DNA of 55,894 bases, counting the filler, from Basidioascus undulatus (Eukaryota): assembly GCA_000826855.1 (NCBI GenBank). It is 3 parts of 3 records of this genome, joined end to end, with 100 filler letters (N's around TTAATTAATTAA, not from the genome) between each part and the next. Parts side by side here need not be neighbours in the genome. Positions count along the whole stretch, not along the records: positions 37,349 to 55,894 come from JTLS01000458.1; 2 more parts are not named here. One strand, written 5' to 3'. The notes under the pieces are model-generated. The model was not told the DNA's origin and ran no database searches. It worked only from the letters and a program-made list of their open reading frames with translations. The stretch's first letter is position 1. Every line of letters begins with the position of its first letter. The position numbers and the translations under genes are program-made. Positions 53,586 to 55,894 of this stretch are shown one piece after another.

Positions 53586-55434
53586 TGCGCGTGTCTTTGG
53601 CTGGCTGATTAACGAGGGTAAGAAGGCGGCGGACGAGGGTGAAGTCGAGAGTGCTAGTATGCGGGTGCTGTGTAAGCGGTGTGCAAAAGAGAAGATGGAG
53701 ATTGAGGCGAAGGGGAGCAACCGGGCCAAGAAGGTTGCTAGGCCGGTCCGGCGAGAGCCGGGCCAGCTCGATCACGCTCAAGTTCGCGTTTCGCCGCCGA
53801 CGACGTTTGTTTCGGACCTCGGCGAAAGCGCCGAGATTGCATCCGTTTCGTTGGCTTTTCCGTGTTACAACAGGCACAGACAGTCGATGGGACGGGTTAC
53901 AGTCTTTAAAGCAAAATGTGCCTGCAACAGATCATGAAAAGGAGCCTGGATGGTGAGCATCGATAGAGTACCCACAGGAAGAAAGCACAGTGGTGCAGCA
54001 CTGCGAAAAAGCCTAGCCATGAGCAGTAAACGTCACACAAGAAAATCCCAGTATTGAGCAAGTGTCATTCCGAACTATGGGTTACAACGCTCCGGCGACC
54101 TTCGGTTCGGGTGAGGAGTGCGGTGTCGGGGGAGGTCAACTGGCAGGGGGCAGATGACGGCGAGCGGGAATCTTCCTCTTCGGGGTCGAGTGTCACTTCA
54201 AGTTGGAATCGTTTACAGGGGTCAAAGTGAGGAGGACGACTTGACAGGCGCGGACGGTAGCGTGGTGAGTGAGGGGCACGTCATCTTCGTTGCGTGACTC
54301 CTCCCCTCGCCAGCGACCCAGATCTTTGAGGCGCTGCTCGCGGCGCTTGCACAGATCTGAAGGGGCTTGACCACAGATCAACCGCCGACATTCGCTCCAG
54401 TCAAGATTCCGTCGTCGCAGCTCTTCACTTCCACCCAACACACACGCAGCCAGTTTCACGTCCGCCAAATGCTTATCCACCTTCCGCTTCTCGACTCTCG
54501 CCTCCCACTCTCGCCAGTAACGCCAATTGAGCCAGCACACGACCGCCTCTCCCATCAACAGACGGATGCCAATCCCTCCCGAGATCTCCTTCCACTCGGC
54601 ACTGATGCGTGCGATACTCTGCTTTGAAGTCGGCGGCAGACACCAGGGCAGGCCGTGCGCGTGGTTGCGCGACTCCTCGCGGCTGGTCGAAGGGGAGGTA
54701 TACATGTAGGACAGCATGAATTTCTGCGTGGCGGGTGCGAATGGGTGTTAGGTGCTCAAGGGTGGCGGAATACGATGAGGCATGTGATGCCGCTTCCGCT
54801 CATTTAACTACCCCTGACTCTCCTGCAAGACGACCGACTTCTTTGTTTATCAATGGACTATCTGGGAGCACATCAGAACATAGTAGACTGTACGTCTTAT
54901 ATATATTCCGACATCCTGAATGATCATCAGCGGAAGCTTGATGAATACCACCATTCTGTAGCTTGCAAAATGTAGCTTGCAAAATGCAGCATTCAGGCCG
55001 TAGAGACGTGGACATTTCTTTCAAGATCTACCCAACGTCAGTTGTTAAAAGAGATCGCAAATACATGTAGTTTGTGGTCTATCTCGCCGCAGACGGATTG
55101 CATTCGGGTATCTAACTGTCAAATAGAGAACCTGTATGGAAAAGCGTGCGTGTGTGATGCGTGTGCAACGGTGCGTGGGGTGCGAGGCGAGACATAGCGG
55201 ATAGAAAGCGAGGAGAGCATCATGGCGGATCGTAACGTAAAGGAAGGGGAACCGAAGGGCAAGGTGGATGGATGGAGGGTATATCGAGAAGCAAGCTCGG
55301 GAAAAAAAGAAAGGGTATGAGGATGAAAGCTAAGAAGACAAAGGTCAGGATTGAGCATAAGAAGAGCGTTACCAACCAGCCCGATGGGCTTGCACAAAAA
55401 AGAAACAACGTCCAGTACCACACCTCACCTCTCC

Positions 55435-55894
55435 TCAACTCTTCGCCGCCCCGCCCGCTGTGGCCTCAGGATCCGACCGCGCCGCAGCCTCAGAACCAGG
55501 CGGCGCCTCGCCCTCCTCGGCCGTCTCGAAGCTCGCGACGCTGCTGCGCGCGGTCGACGTCGCGGTCGTCGGCGTGGCGGGCGTGACGGAGATGCGCGCG
55601 ACGGCGGGGTTGAGGGCGAGCCTTGGCTGCCCCTCCCGCGCACTCCCACTTTCACTGCCACTGCCACTCCCAGTCGCACTGCCTGTCGCACTGCCGGCGC
55701 CGGTGCCAGTACCCGCGCCAGTATTTGATTCCCGCACCGAAAGCTGGGAGATCGATACGGACGGCATAGGGACCTCCCTGTCCGGCGAGCCGGGCGGGGG
55801 GACGTCGTACGGGTCCTCGTCGGCTGTGTGGATCTGGAGAGGCACGAAGGCCGGGGGCCGGGGTTCGTCGGCTGCGGCGCCGGAGGTGGGGAGG
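55435..55894 (-). CDS. 3' end of a low-complexity Ser/Thr/Gly/Pro-rich protein (continues beyond window)
   Basis: Open GC-rich frame with GTGTGAGSATGSATGSGSGS repeats ending at a stop at 55435. Confidence 0.5.
   Translation of the reverse strand, partial: LPTSGAAADEPRPPAFVPLQIHTADEDPYDVPPPGSPDREVPMPSVSISQLSVRESNTGAGTGTGAGSATGSATGSGSGSESGSAREGQPRLALNPAVARISVTPATPTTATSTARSSVASFETAEEGEAPPGSEAAARSDPEATAGGAAKS

Noticed and set aside
54193..54717. 174-aa minus-strand ORF
   Set aside because: Partly protein-like but no family recognised and no splice support
54957..54984. 14-bp tandem duplication TGTAGCTTGCAAAA x2
   Set aside because: Ordinary slippage duplication with no functional context

Overview
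Eukaryotic fungal DNA, GC-rich and intron-dense (GTGCGT/GTGAGT donors, GCTGAC/CTAAC branch sites); inferred basidiomycete, possibly yeast-like Pucciniomycotina. The window is three contigs joined by artificial 100-nt spacers (N44-TTAATTAATTAA-N44 at 18587-18686 and 37249-37348). Contig 1: MCM6 with an inverted copy of its own 3' end just upstream, a CYP63-like P450 pseudogene, hexokinase, an F-box-like relic, an MFS (Dal5/Tna1-type) transporter, and the tail of a GPI-anchored protein. Contig 2: a putative aromatic/quinate catabolic cluster (Zn2Cys6 regulator, intradiol dioxygenase, type II dehydroquinase, peroxisomal 4CL-like ligase, pseudogenised dehydroshikimate dehydratase, quinate/shikimate dehydrogenase, PEP2/SnoaL-like tail), interleaved with SDH5, a MYND relic and a KEN/D-box protein. 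Contig 3: RPS17 last exon, an F-box-like pseudogene, a structured double-hairpin element, a Con-6-like gene, REV3 and the mitochondrial carnitine carrier. All identifications come from reading motifs by eye; no database searches were run, and CDS coordinates span introns.
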